A stretch of 64,000 nucleotides of DNA from Microcoleus sp. (GCA_052279835.1 CP181291.1:640001-704000), one strand, 5' to 3'; shown: positions 20,433-30,532, counted from the first letter of the stretch. Notes: generated by a model not told the origin, from the sequence alone. A program made the numbers and translations.

Positions 20433-22475
20433 ATGCCCACAGAGTTTTTGAATACAACAGAAGAATCAGAGTTTTTGAGTAAGAAAAAAGAAGAATGTGA
20501 TTTAGTCATGAAAGGGGGTGTGACGAGTGGAATTGTTTACCCTCCGATTGTCCTAAAGCTTGCAGAAAAGTATCGCTTTCGTAGTATTGGAGGAACCTCC
20601 GCAGGTGCGATCGCCGCAGCAGTTACAGCAGCCGCAGAATACGGACGGGACACGGGAGGCTTTCCAAAGCTCAAGGAGATCAGCGACCAACTTGGTCAAG
20701 ACAACTTCTTACTCAAGCTATTTCAACCTTCCCAAGAAACCCAACCATTAATGGATACCCTGTACGCTGTTTTTAGCGAGACGAAAAAACAAGAAGAAAC
20801 GGAAAAAACCAACCATAAAAAGCATAAAAAACTAAGTCCGCTGCAAAAATTCTTAGGCTTTTTCCAATTTGCTCGATTTCTTCGCGAAACTTTTCGCTCT
20901 AAACACCAGAGGGTGTTCGCACTCGGATCGCGTAGAGGCTTAGCCATCGGTTTAATCCTGGCTTTCTTGCTATCAGGGTTCTCTTTTCTAGTATTTTTTT
21001 TAGTGGCTCAGTTTACGGGTGGTAGTTTAAGCGGATGGAGTTTTATTATACTCTTGCTGCTACTGAGCGTATCATTTGCTTGGATAGGGCAGTGGATTGG
21101 TAGTTTGGGTGTTGGCGTCTACGATCTGTACGGCATCCTCACTAAAAAAGTGCCGGATCACTTTTTTGGAATGTGCAGTGGGCGAAAAAACAATCCTACA
21201 TCTAAAGATCCGGCGCTGACCGATTGGCTGACTGCCAAAATCAACTATGTTGCCGGAATCGATGAAAACGGTGAGCCACTTACTGTTGGCCAGCTAAAGC
21301 AAAAGCGCATTAACCTCAAGCTGGTGACATCTAACCTGAGTCACAATCAACCCTATATACTGCCTTTCAAAAACCACGCTTTTATTTTTAATAAGGAAGA
21401 GTTTTCCAAGCTATTCCCGTCGAACGTCGTAGAATATATGACGCGATGTGCTTACCCAAGCAAAAGCGTGGAGTTGCCTGAAGGTTTTTATTTCTTGCCT
21501 GAAGCGGACAATTTGCCAGTGGCAGTCGCGATGCGGATGAGCCTCAGCTTTCCTATATTGATCGGTGCAGTTCCTCTCTACACGATTAGTAAGGCTGACT
21601 TCAGACGCAAACAAGGCGAAGAAAAACTTAAACTTACCAAGGAGGATTTGCAACGGAACTGGTTCAGCGACGGAGGCATTTCTAGCAACTTTCCGATCCA
21701 CCTTTTCGATGAGTGGTTGCCAATTCGCCCCACGTTTGGCATCAACCTTACCTCGTTGCAGCCCAACGCATTTAAGGACAAAAATAAGACTCAAATAAAG
21801 GCAGATGCTATCAGCGTCGTTACCAATCAAGCTCCAAAAAACCTTGGCGGGCAATTAGATACGTTGGATGTGGATAGAGAGGAACTCTATGAATCAATTA
21901 TACTTGCCAAGGCAAATCGTGGCCCAATTCAGGCGTGGGCAGAAATTTCTAAGCTGAGCGATTTTATCCGGGCAATTTGGCTAACAGCGCAGAACTACCG
22001 CGACAACACCCAGTCGATGCTGCCAAGTTACAGGGAACGGGTGGTGCAGGTTTATTTAAGTAAAGATGAAGGTGGACTGAATTTGTCTATGGAGAATAAA
22101 ATTATTCAGGATGTGATCAAAAAGGGGGATGGCGCTGGACAAAAAATATTAGATGATTTCAACTTCAAACATCATCAATGGGTGCGTTTTCAGGTACTGA
22201 TGGGACTACTGGAGACTGAACTCACAAAGATGGAACAGGTGTTGCAAGACAATAGTTTCAACTGCGAGACCCTGGTGAAAGAGCAGCAGGATGAAAATGA
22301 GCAGCAGGATCAGAATGATAAATATCCATACCGTCGCTCCGAGGCTTGGTGCGAGGAAGCATTGGCTCGCGTCAAATATATGCAGGACTTTGTGAAAGGT
22401 TGGGGTGATGTGTCTCTTATTGACAAAAAGACTCCACGCCCCAATCCTGTACTCCGAGTGACACCGGAACTTTAG
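20433..22475 (+). CDS. Patatin-like phospholipase with internal transmembrane segments
   Basis: KGGVTSG oxyanion loop, GTSAG catalytic Ser, SDGG catalytic Asp; hydrophobic stretch at about aa 170-230; AGGAG RBS. Confidence 0.9.
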   Translation: MPTEFLNTTEESEFLSKKKEECDLVMKGGVTSGIVYPPIVLKLAEKYRFRSIGGTSAGAIAAAVTAAAEYGRDTGGFPKLKEISDQLGQDNFLLKLFQPSQETQPLMDTLYAVFSETKKQEETEKTNHKKHKKLSPLQKFLGFFQFARFLRETFRSKHQRVFALGSRRGLAIGLILAFLLSGFSFLVFFLVAQFTGGSLSGWSFIILLLLLSVSFAWIGQWIGSLGVGVYDLYGILTKKVPDHFFGMCSGRKNNPTSKDPALTDWLTAKINYVAGIDENGEPLTVGQLKQKRINLKLVTSNLSHNQPYILPFKNHAFIFNKEEFSKLFPSNVVEYMTRCAYPSKSVELPEGFYFLPEADNLPVAVAMRMSLSFPILIGAVPLYTISKADFRRKQGEEKLKLTKEDLQRNWFSDGGISSNFPIHLFDEWLPIRPTFGINLTSLQPNAFKDKNKTQIKADAISVVTNQAPKNLGGQLDTLDVDREELYESIILAKANRGPIQAWAEISKLSDFIRAIWLTAQNYRDNTQSMLPSYRERVVQVYLSKDEGGLNLSMENKIIQDVIKKGDGAGQKILDDFNFKHHQWVRFQVLMGLLETELTKMEQVLQDNSFNCETLVKEQQDENEQQDQNDKYPYRRSEAWCEEALARVKYMQDFVKGWGDVSLIDKKTPRPNPVLRVTPEL

Positions 22476-22486
22476 GAGGCAAGAAA

Positions 22487-23047
22487 ATGCAATTGTGGCA
22501 TCCATTCCAGTTGATTCCGAATGGCTTAGCTTGTTGGCTAGTATTGGGGCTGTTAGTCGCTCTCACTTTCGGATTAGCGCGAAAGACAAACCACCCATCG
22601 CTTACAACCAAACAAGCTCCCTGGGGTATAGTTTCTCTTGAATTGGCAGGCAATGAGGAGACAGCTAGCGCAATGATTGTCTCCTGGCAGGAGAAGGGGG
22701 CATACGACGATGCTTTAAACAGTCTGTACTGGGATAATTTCTTTCTACTGGCTTATTCAACAGCGATCGCTTTAGGCTGTGTGATGGGTGCTGATAAGCT
22801 GCACGCGCCTGGAACTTTGGACTACAACTTAGCGATTCTATTGGCTTGGGCGCAATGGCTGGCAGCGCTACTGGATCGAACTGAAAATTTCGCGCTTGAG
22901 AAAATGCTTCGCGGCGCTGTAAAAAGTCCCTGGCCTCAGATTGCTTGGTGCTCTGCTATACCCAAGTTCATCATCGTTTTTGCAGGGCTATGCTATGTAG
23001 CGATCGCAGTCATTATCGGGATCGTTGCTCTCCTAAAAACCTATTGA
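22487..23047 (+). CDS. Integral membrane hypothetical protein, probably co-transcribed with the patatin
   Basis: About four TM helices; GIVSLELAG and LDRTEN motifs; 11 bp after the patatin stop, with AGGAGG RBS. Confidence 0.8.
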   Translation: MQLWHPFQLIPNGLACWLVLGLLVALTFGLARKTNHPSLTTKQAPWGIVSLELAGNEETASAMIVSWQEKGAYDDALNSLYWDNFFLLAYSTAIALGCVMGADKLHAPGTLDYNLAILLAWAQWLAALLDRTENFALEKMLRGAVKSPWPQIAWCSAIPKFIIVFAGLCYVAIAVIIGIVALLKTY

Positions 23048-23176
23048 TTTTAGTAGGGTATAGCCAGTCACAAACATCAGCCAATGGCAAATTTGCCATT
23101 GGCTTCTGGACGATCGCGACTGAGGCTATATATTTGGTCTATATTTTGGGGAACCATCATCCGCACTAATTCACCA

Positions 23177-24391
23177 ATGACATCCACCCCTACGATCGCA
23201 ACTCCCCTAAGCTGGACACAACTAGAAGCCCTCACCGACTTTCAAGTCGATCGCACCAACGGCCCCACCAACGCCCAATCCCGCTTGCGCCTCTTCGGAA
23301 AAACCGAATCCGATGTGCGAGTCACCCTGTACCGCGACAACCATGCGTGGTGTCCCTATTGCCAAAAAATCTGGCTGTGGCTAGAAGAAAAACAAATTCC
23401 CTACCGTATTGAAAAAGTTACCATGTTCTGCTATGGAGAAAAAGAAAGTTGGTACAAGCGCAAAGTGCCATCGGGAATGCTACCGGCGATCGAACTAGAT
23501 GGCCGCATTATCACCGAAAGCGATGACATTTTAATTGCCCTAGAACGAGTCTTTGGCCCCTTGAGTTTGGGTATGGAAAACCCCGCAGTGCTTCCTCTGA
23601 GACGGCTAGAGCGACTGCTATTTAGGGCCTGGTGCTCCTGGCTGTGCTACCCCGCCAGTTCAGCCAAAGCAGAACAACACAACCGCAACCAATTTATCAG
23701 CGTCGTCGCCCAAGTTGAAGCAGCCTTGGCTAGCACTCCAGGGCCTTATTTCCTCCCTGAATTTGGCACTGCGGATGTCATTTTTACGCCCTACGTCGAA
23801 CGGATGAATGCCAGTCTTTACTACTACAAAGGCTACTCGATGCGACAAGAAAACCCAGGCTTTGCTGACTGGTTTGCGGGGATGGAAAGCCGCCCTACCT
23901 ATCGAGGTACTCAAAGCGATTTTCATACTCATGTCCACGATTTGCCGCCTCAAATGGGCGGCTGTTATGAAAACGGCGAACCGCAGATGCTACTCAACAA
24001 AGCCCGCGTGGACAATGGGCCTTGGGCTGGATTACCAGATGTGATGTACCCAGAACCGGAAACCTCGCGTAAAGAAGCACTCCACCGCGTCATCAAGCAT
24101 CAGCGCAACATTATTAAAGTCAATCCTGCTGACGATAACTTGTTTGATGAGGCTTTGCGTTGTGCTTTAACTTTGATGATGACTGGGGAAGTTTGTACTG
24201 CGCCGGTTGGTTCTGATGGGGCTTTGCGGTATTTGCGCGATCGGGTGAATGTGCCCCGTGATATGTCGATTTACGCGGCGAAGCGATTCAGGGAAGCTTT
24301 GGAGGAAACGGCGGCTTTGGTGGGCGATGGCCAAGGTGCTCCGATTCTGCTGAAGCATCGGCGAGATCAAGATCCGGCTAATTTTGTGTAG
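23177..24391 (+). CDS. Glutathione S-transferase family protein
   Basis: [38 protein letters not shown]; likely start MTSTPT at 23177. Confidence 0.9.
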   Translation: MTSTPTIATPLSWTQLEALTDFQVDRTNGPTNAQSRLRLFGKTESDVRVTLYRDNHAWCPYCQKIWLWLEEKQIPYRIEKVTMFCYGEKESWYKRKVPSGMLPAIELDGRIITESDDILIALERVFGPLSLGMENPAVLPLRRLERLLFRAWCSWLCYPASSAKAEQHNRNQFISVVAQVEAALASTPGPYFLPEFGTADVIFTPYVERMNASLYYYKGYSMRQENPGFADWFAGMESRPTYRGTQSDFHTHVHDLPPQMGGCYENGEPQMLLNKARVDNGPWAGLPDVMYPEPETSRKEALHRVIKHQRNIIKVNPADDNLFDEALRCALTLMMTGEVCTAPVGSDGALRYLRDRVNVPRDMSIYAAKRFREALEETAALVGDGQGAPILLKHRRDQDPANFV

Positions 24392-24400
24392 TGTTAATCC

Positions 24401-24464
24401 GTAGGGTGCGTCGCTGCGAGATTTTGGATATAACTTGCAGATTATAGATGGCGACGCACCCTAC
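24401..24464. repeat. GTAG-type REP/REPIN-like inverted repeat
   Basis: GTAGGGTGCGTCGC ... GCGACGCACCCTAC. Confidence 0.75.
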
Positions 24465-24533
24465 TTGCTACAAATACGACATTACAAATTTGTGAGGTAC
24501 TATGAGATTATTTACTAAGTTGTTTCAGAGGCT

Positions 24534-24914
24534 ATGGATATGGTTTCAGTATCCAACAACCAACCAACAATTATTCGTACAGAGCGCGGACTGACAATTT
24601 CAGGTACGCGCATCACTCTCTATGATGTGATGGACTATCTGACGGCTCAGTATCCCCGGAAGTTTATCCGTTCCTTGTTTGATTTAACAGACGCTCAGAT
24701 GGACGTTGCTTTATCTTACATTGAGGTAAATCGTGCAGAAGTCGAAGCAGAATATCAAGTTGTTTTAAGGCAAGCTAAGGAAATTAGGGAGTATTGGGAA
24801 GAACGCAATCGCGAACATTCAGCCCGCGTTGCAGCGATGCCACCCAAACCAGGTCGAGAGGCTCTTTGGGCCAAACTTCAAGAGCAGAAAGCCAGACACG
24901 AAGTAGAAGCATGA
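24534..24914 (+). CDS. DUF433-family antitoxin
   Basis: GLTISGTRITLYDVMDYL...ALSY pattern; ATGA overlap with the next gene. Confidence 0.85.
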   Translation: MDMVSVSNNQPTIIRTERGLTISGTRITLYDVMDYLTAQYPRKFIRSLFDLTDAQMDVALSYIEVNRAEVEAEYQVVLRQAKEIREYWEERNREHSARVAAMPPKPGREALWAKLQEQKARHEVEA

Positions 24915-25306
24915 ATTTTCTTATAGATCACAATCTCGGAGGTCATGCAGAGATTTTATTGGGCAATATTGCGAGTCAAGGTTGGTTAAATCTACTCCCA
25001 ATTCGTGTTGTCACTTTCAAGCAGATGAATTTGTCGATCGACAGTAACGATCGAGTTGTTTGGCGACTTGCTCAGGCCAATCAAATGATCTTGCTTACTG
25101 CAAACCGCAGCATGAAGGGTGAAGACTCCCTCGAACAGGTGATCCGAGAAGAAAATACAGTGGATTCTCTGCCTGTGATTACCATTGGAGATGCCGATCG
25201 ATTTTTAGCCGATCGAGTCTATCGAAATCGCTGTGTTGACCGTATTCTGGAAATCTTGCTGGATATAGAAACCTGGATGGGCGTTGGTCGTCTTTTTGTT
25301 CCGTAG
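24911..25306 (+). CDS. DUF5615/PIN-like toxin partner of DUF433
   Basis: True start MNFLIDHNL at 24911; DRVVW...MILLTAN motif; coupled to the DUF433 gene. Confidence 0.8.
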   Translation: MNFLIDHNLGGHAEILLGNIASQGWLNLLPIRVVTFKQMNLSIDSNDRVVWRLAQANQMILLTANRSMKGEDSLEQVIREENTVDSLPVITIGDADRFLADRVYRNRCVDRILEILLDIETWMGVGRLFVP

Positions 25307-25385
25307 GGCGAGGCAATAAGTAAGGCAGTGCTGCTAGCCGAAACAGTCAAAAAAACTGAGTTTCCAACACTATCGAGTATTTTTT

Positions 25386-25616
25386 ATGAAAGTATCTATC
25401 TCTTTGCCTGATGAGCTAGTGCGTTACATTGACGATCGTGTAGAAAATCGCAGTCGGCTAATTGAGCTTTTATTGCAAGCGTGGCGCAAACAACAAGAAC
25501 AGGAGGCAATGGTAGAAGCCTGTTTATTGCTGGATGAACTGAGCGATGAATTAGTCGATGAGGAGGAAGCATGGCAGCAAGCAGTGATTACCGACTGGGA
25601 AGCCTCTGGCTCGTGA
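25386..25616 (+). CDS. Ribbon-helix-helix (CopG-type) antitoxin
   Basis: MKVSISLPDELVRYID...NRSRLIE; acidic C-terminus; overlaps the mazF remnant. Confidence 0.8.
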   Translation: MKVSISLPDELVRYIDDRVENRSRLIELLLQAWRKQQEQEAMVEACLLLDELSDELVDEEEAWQQAVITDWEASGS

Positions 25617-25790
25617 ATTTCGATCCTTGAGTCGGTACAGAAATCCGCAAGACTCGATCGGGGGTAATTATTTCAGGAACTGCTTTTAATCAACGCAGCA
25701 AGGTAACTGTTCTACCCATCACTTCTGCTGTTCCCAACGAGGGTTTACGAGCTAAGGAGTTGATACAAAATCCGTTGCGGTTGTGGATGT
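25571..25790 (+). pseudogene. mazF: MazF/PemK toxin pseudogene (premature stop, 3' truncation)
   Basis: Manual translation MAASSDYRLGSLWLVNFDP*VGTEIRKTRSGVIISGTAFNQRSKVTVLPITS; in-frame TGA at 25628-25630. Confidence 0.8.
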
Positions 25791-26826
25791 TATGTCAAAA
25801 TTACTTAATGAACCCCTAAAAAGAAGCAGAGAGCGGCTAGATAGTCTGTATGATGAAGAGAGCAATGACTTCCAGTTAATAGAGAAGAGTCTTGCAACGT
25901 ATGGCTTCAAAAAACTAGAAGAAGACATTGTAAAAACCTTCTCCATTCTGGGAGAAACTATTGAAACATATAGCTCAGATAGTAAGTGTTTACAAAATAT
26001 CGTAAACCCCGGCATTAATAATCCCATACCGCAGGCTTTCTATACAATATTCATGGCTTTTTTTGCATTAATAATTGATTCAGAACTTGTACCTGCCAAC
26101 CCTCAAAAGATTATGCAAGCACTCAAAAAGCTTCAGCAGAAGTTAGAGCTAAGCAAGCGATATGCAGAGATAACGACTCGTATTAAGAATATTGATCAAA
26201 CTAAGGGACTCATACAAAACTACTTCGCGACGAAAAAAGATAAATCCACTCTAGGACAAGGTGCTGAGTTGATACAAACCTTCAAAAATTCTTTACTTCG
26301 TTCTCGTATAGAAACTGCAAAGTATGAGTGCAAGCAAGGTTTGCTTGATTTGTTATCAAATAGAAAACTAAATAATGATTTACCCCAGAGACTTGTTGAA
26401 ACAATTTGTGGAATCGCTAACTCCGATCCAGAAAATGATGGATATATTTTCCTGGGAGTGGCTGATAAAAAGCAAGACGCAGAAAGAATTAAAAATTTAG
26501 ATGGGATTAATCCTATTGAAATCAATGATAGATATGTTGTAGGAATTGATAGAGAAGCTACGGTTTTAGGTAAAACGCTAGAGGATTATGTTGGGATATT
26601 AATTAATGCAATACGCAAATCTGATTTGGGTGATCCCTTAAAGACTCAGGTGCTGGCGAAAATTGATACTATAAATTACAAAGAATACTCTGTGATTAGA
26701 ATTAATGTCCCGCCTCAAAAAGAGGTTTCGTTTGTAGGTGAAAAAGCTTTTATTAGGGAGGACTCTTCAACTGTAGAAGCTAAAGGGCCCAAACTACTTG
26801 CTGTTTCCAAACTTTTCCAAAAGTAG
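25783..26826 (+). CDS. Probably 5'-truncated protein with a C-terminal Schlafen/AlbA_2 domain
   Basis: IETAKYECKQG...TICGIANS...GYIFLGVADK...VVGID; AT-rich; begins abruptly within the mazF remnant. Confidence 0.7.
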   Translation: MDVMSKLLNEPLKRSRERLDSLYDEESNDFQLIEKSLATYGFKKLEEDIVKTFSILGETIETYSSDSKCLQNIVNPGINNPIPQAFYTIFMAFFALIIDSELVPANPQKIMQALKKLQQKLELSKRYAEITTRIKNIDQTKGLIQNYFATKKDKSTLGQGAELIQTFKNSLLRSRIETAKYECKQGLLDLLSNRKLNNDLPQRLVETICGIANSDPENDGYIFLGVADKKQDAERIKNLDGINPIEINDRYVVGIDREATVLGKTLEDYVGILINAIRKSDLGDPLKTQVLAKIDTINYKEYSVIRINVPPQKEVSFVGEKAFIREDSSTVEAKGPKLLAVSKLFQK

Positions 26827-27201
26827 TTTATGAAGATGGGGCATAAGATAGTAGCAGCAAATTCGATAACCCCGATCGCCCCGCCAACCACATCTACCTG
26901 CAATTGGTCAAAAAACACCAAGGCCCCAAATCCACAGAGGGCATCGCCCCCACCCTCACGGAAACTCAAAATCTACTCTTTACTCATAGACTGGGAAAAA
27001 CACCCCATTCTCATTTTCTACGAAGACGCGATACCTCCAGGTTTTAGCCAAACTTTTCTCGATTCTCTCACTCGCTTCGACGCTAAAATCTACGTTATTA
27101 CCGACTCACCCCATCCCACCATTCCCACTTTCTCACCCCAAGAACCCCACCTGATTCAAACTATTATTAATTGGTTGCAACGCACTGTTTTAGAAACCTA
27201 A
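26827..27201 (+). pseudogene. Frameshifted C-terminal remnant of a NACHT-type protein (C-terminal alpha/beta domain)
   Basis: One frame reads SSKFDNPDRPANHIYLQLVK...PTLTE, then shifts to LKIYSLLIDWEKHPILIFYE...GFSQTFLDSLTRFD; the family assignment is from recall. Confidence 0.5.
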
Positions 27202-27246
27202 CCTATAAAGTCAACCCACCCCAACTACCGCTAAATCAACTTACAA

Positions 27247-27657
27247 TTAACTAAATCTATCAATAAATATATCGGGAGTAACAATTTCTACTGCTTGAAA
27301 AGGATTTAATACCAATAAATCCAAATCACCCGTAACAATTACATTGGCATTACCACTAACAGCCAACTCTAAGAACTTATTATCCTTTTCATCTCGACAA
27401 ACGGAAATTTTTTCTGTTATAGAGACTAACTCGGACGCGCTGATAAATTTAAGCAAAAATACTTGTCTGTCTTCTAAAGAAAGATACTTGTTAAACTTTT
27501 TACGATTCAAAACTTGCTCTAATTCATTTAAAGTTGCTTCAGAATATAAAATTATTCCTTGCTTTTCTGCCAATTCAATCGCCCGAAAGGGGACTGAATT
27601 TTTAAACAGTAAAGCACTGATTAAAACATTCGTATCTACGACAAATCTATTCGTCAT
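27247..27657 (-). CDS. PIN-family toxin
   Basis: VVDTNVLISALL, CRDEKDNKFLELA, VTGDLDLL. Confidence 0.92.
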   Translation of the reverse strand: MTNRFVVDTNVLISALLFKNSVPFRAIELAEKQGIILYSEATLNELEQVLNRKKFNKYLSLEDRQVFLLKFISASELVSITEKISVCRDEKDNKFLELAVSGNANVIVTGDLDLLVLNPFQAVEIVTPDIFIDRFS

Positions 27658-27874
27658 TATCATCTGCTAAAATTTGTTGTAAAATCTCTGGCGTTAAGCC
27701 TCGCTGTTGTGCTTTATCAGAAATTTCTGCCATAACTTCAGTTAAACTTTTATTGTGTAAATTCCCTCTCAAAAACAATTGAACAATGTAGCTCAACTGT
27801 TTCTGAGTCTCAGAAGTAGCCCCTTCAAACGCCGTCTTAATATCTTCATCAACTTGAATCGTAATGCTTGCCAT
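27647..27874 (-). CDS. Putative antitoxin of the PIN toxin
   Basis: 75 aa, MASITIQVD...AQQRGLTPEILQQIL; overlaps the toxin start. Confidence 0.82.
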   Translation of the reverse strand: MASITIQVDEDIKTAFEGATSETQKQLSYIVQLFLRGNLHNKSLTEVMAEISDKAQQRGLTPEILQQILADDNDE

Positions 27875-28048
27875 AGTCCTTATTAATCCTTTGAATATAT
27901 GCTGTCATTAATTATGGCATAGTGACACCGCAACCCTCAATCTCAAAATCCACAGAAGCCACAAATGGGGCAACCACTTCTGGATTGCCCCTACTGGCCT
28001 CAAAATCTACTCTTCACTCCTAGACTGGGAAAAATACCCCATTCTCAT

Positions 28049-29278
28049 CTAAAAATCTCTCAATTGAGCTGTTTGAACAACAACATCTTTCGTCAAAGAA
28101 CCTCGCCGCACTTTCAGTTTCAAACTTTGACCTATCTTGCTGTTTTCCACCAGATTTTGCAACTTTGCCGCCGTCGTGACAGCCTCGCCGTCAATTTGGA
28201 CGATCGCATCTCCCTTGCGAATCCCTGCTTTCTCCGCAGGCGTATTTGGCACAACTCGCATCACTAACACCCCTTTGACTTCGGGTATCATCAAAGGAGC
28301 ATTCGGATCGGCGTTATTCTCTCTAGCAATTTCTGGAGTCAAATCAATCATTTGAATTCCCAAAAATGGGTGACTGACTTCTTCTCCCCGCGCTAACTGT
28401 GCGTAAATAGCTTTAGCTTTGTTGATGGGAATTGCAAAGCCAATACCCATTGCATCGGCTCGAATTGCTGTATTGATGCCGATTACTTCTCCTAAACCGT
28501 TTAAGAGGGGGCCGCCGGAATTGCCGGGATTGATGGCTGCGTCTGTTTGAATGAAATCGAGGCGCTTGTCGGGAATCCCCACGGCTGCGCTCGATCGCTT
28601 CAAGGTGCTGATAATTCCCAAGGTGACGGTATTGTCAAATCCTAGGGGGTTTCCCACGGCGATCGCCCAATCTCCCACTTTCACCGCATCAGAATCTCCC
28701 AAAGCGGCCACCGGCAAGTTAACACCCTTAGTATTAATTTTGACAACAGCCAAATCTGTCACCTCATCCGTACCTAACACTTCTCCCGGAAAAACGCTGC
28801 CGTCATTTAAGGTGACAGTCACTCGATCGGCTTTATCCACCACATGAGCGTTCGTTAATACAGTCCCGCTTTTGTCGATGACGAAGCCGGAACCTTGACC
28901 CCGCAAGCGTTCTTGTCTGGGGCTTTGGGTAGGAAACTCGTCTCCAAAAAATCTCCTAAATAAGGGGTCTTCCATTAATGGATCGAGGTTGCGGCTAACA
29001 GTGCGCTCGGTATCAATTCGCACCACTGCTGGCCCGACGCGATCGACTGCTAGTGTCACAAAACTATTGTTGCTAGCAGTCGCCGGGAGTTCTGTCCCTC
29101 GGAGTGCTAATAGTTGGGAAGGTGAGGCTATGGATTTGGCCGCCGGTTGAAAGTTACTTGCTGATGCTGATGCGGGGCTGATTGTCCAAGCCTGTAGGGC
29201 GATCGTAATTCCTAAAAATACGCCCAACAGCGAAGACACGATTCGGGGTGCTGGGCGAAAAAACTTGAGTATTCCCAT
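28049..29278 (-). CDS. HtrA/DegP-family (HhoA/HhoB-type) serine protease with PDZ domain
   Basis: [30 protein letters not shown]-terminal PDZ. Confidence 0.95.
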   Translation of the reverse strand: MGILKFFRPAPRIVSSLLGVFLGITIALQAWTISPASASASNFQPAAKSIASPSQLLALRGTELPATASNNSFVTLAVDRVGPAVVRIDTERTVSRNLDPLMEDPLFRRFFGDEFPTQSPRQERLRGQGSGFVIDKSGTVLTNAHVVDKADRVTVTLNDGSVFPGEVLGTDEVTDLAVVKINTKGVNLPVAALGDSDAVKVGDWAIAVGNPLGFDNTVTLGIISTLKRSSAAVGIPDKRLDFIQTDAAINPGNSGGPLLNGLGEVIGINTAIRADAMGIGFAIPINKAKAIYAQLARGEEVSHPFLGIQMIDLTPEIARENNADPNAPLMIPEVKGVLVMRVVPNTPAEKAGIRKGDAIVQIDGEAVTTAAKLQNLVENSKIGQSLKLKVRRGSLTKDVVVQTAQLRDF

Positions 29279-29302
29279 AGCGTGAATTTTATGCTAGCTG
29301 AG

Positions 29303-30532
29303 TTAGTTGGGCGCTGGAGTTCTGGTGCCGATTGAAATACTCACCGGCCTTTCATGGGTGGTGATTCTTGACGCTTCACAGGGTTCTGCTACCGGAGTAG
29401 TCTTACAATCCCTCAGCGCCCGTTTAGAGTCGTGGCGATTCCCCATCCCGACTTTCTCTATATTTCTGGCTGCATTTTCATCTCTATCTTGGTGTGTACC
29501 ACAACTTAGGCAAAGCACTGAGCGAATAGATAAATCAATCTTTCCCCATTTAAAGCCACAGTCTGAACAGACTTGACTCGTTGGTTCCCATCGACTAATT
29601 ACCTTGAATTGCCTGTCGAACTTTTCAGCTTTAGCTTCGCAAAGTGTTCGGAATTCGTACCATCCTTGCTGACTAATTGCTCTTGAAAGTTTCCGATTCT
29701 TCACCATGCCCGAAAGGTTGAGGTCTTCCAAAATAATCACTTGGTTTTCGTTGACTATTTTGGTTGACAGTTTGTGCAAGAAGTCTTTGCGGGTGTCGCC
29801 AATTCGATTGTGTAGTTTGGCAATCTTGATTCGAGTTACATTCCTTCTCTTAGATTCCTTTGGTTGGCGGGCTAATTTGCGTTGCAGTTTGCGAACTTTC
29901 CGATCTAGCTTTTTATAGCCAGGACTTTCAGCTTTTTCACCATTGCTCATTACTGCAAAAGCTTTAATCCCTAGGTCGATTCCGACGGTGGGATTCTTGG
30001 CTTCGTCGGATTGAACTGACTCAACCTCTACAACAAAACTTAAGAAATAGCGGTTTGCACAGTCTTTAATCACTGTCACAGAACTAGATGTTGATGGTAA
30101 TTCTCTAGACCATATTGGATTGACAATTCCAATCTTTGCTAAATAGACTCCATCACCTTTGAAGGAAAATCCTCCAATTCTAAAACGCGCCGACTGACTG
30201 CTGGTTCTTCTTTTGAACTTGGGATATCCGACTTTGCGTCCTTTTCGCTTTCCTTTACAGCAGTTGAAAAAGTTCTTGAAAGCGACATCCAGGTCGGCAA
30301 CCGACTGTTGTAATGGGACGCACGACACATCTCCTAGCCAAGCTCTTTCTTCGGTATTCTTAGCCTGAGTAATAACGATTTTTTGCAAATCCGCTGAACT
30401 TGGCTTTTTATCGGATTGCTTGCAGAGAGCGAGGGCATCGTTCCAGACTACGCGAACACAGCCGAACAACTGAGCCAAACTCTGCTGCTGTTGACTGGTC
30501 GGGTAAAACCTGTAGCGAAATCTTGCTTTCAT
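29303..30532 (-). CDS. tnpB: TnpB RNA-guided endonuclease
   Basis: HTH RYRFYPT...FGCVRVVWN; RuvC motifs GIDLG, ILEDL, DRDENAA; zinc finger CSDC...CLSC. Confidence 0.95.
   Translation of the reverse strand: MKARFRYRFYPTSQQQQSLAQLFGCVRVVWNDALALCKQSDKKPSSADLQKIVITQAKNTEERAWLGDVSCVPLQQSVADLDVAFKNFFNCCKGKRKGRKVGYPKFKRRTSSQSARFRIGGFSFKGDGVYLAKIGIVNPIWSRELPSTSSSVTVIKDCANRYFLSFVVEVESVQSDEAKNPTVGIDLGIKAFAVMSNGEKAESPGYKKLDRKVRKLQRKLARQPKESKRRNVTRIKIAKLHNRIGDTRKDFLHKLSTKIVNENQVIILEDLNLSGMVKNRKLSRAISQQGWYEFRTLCEAKAEKFDRQFKVISRWEPTSQVCSDCGFKWGKIDLSIRSVLCLSCGTHQDRDENAARNIEKVGMGNRHDSKRALRDCKTTPVAEPCEASRITTHERPVSISIGTRTPAPN

Noticed and set aside
20433..23047. CBASS operon
   Set aside because: No CD-NTase or cap2/cap3 genes are nearby; kept only as a patatin-partner pair.
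24794..24910. N-terminal extension of the PIN-like toxin in the ORF track
   Set aside because: It lies inside the DUF433 gene; the ATGA-coupled start at 24911 fits better.
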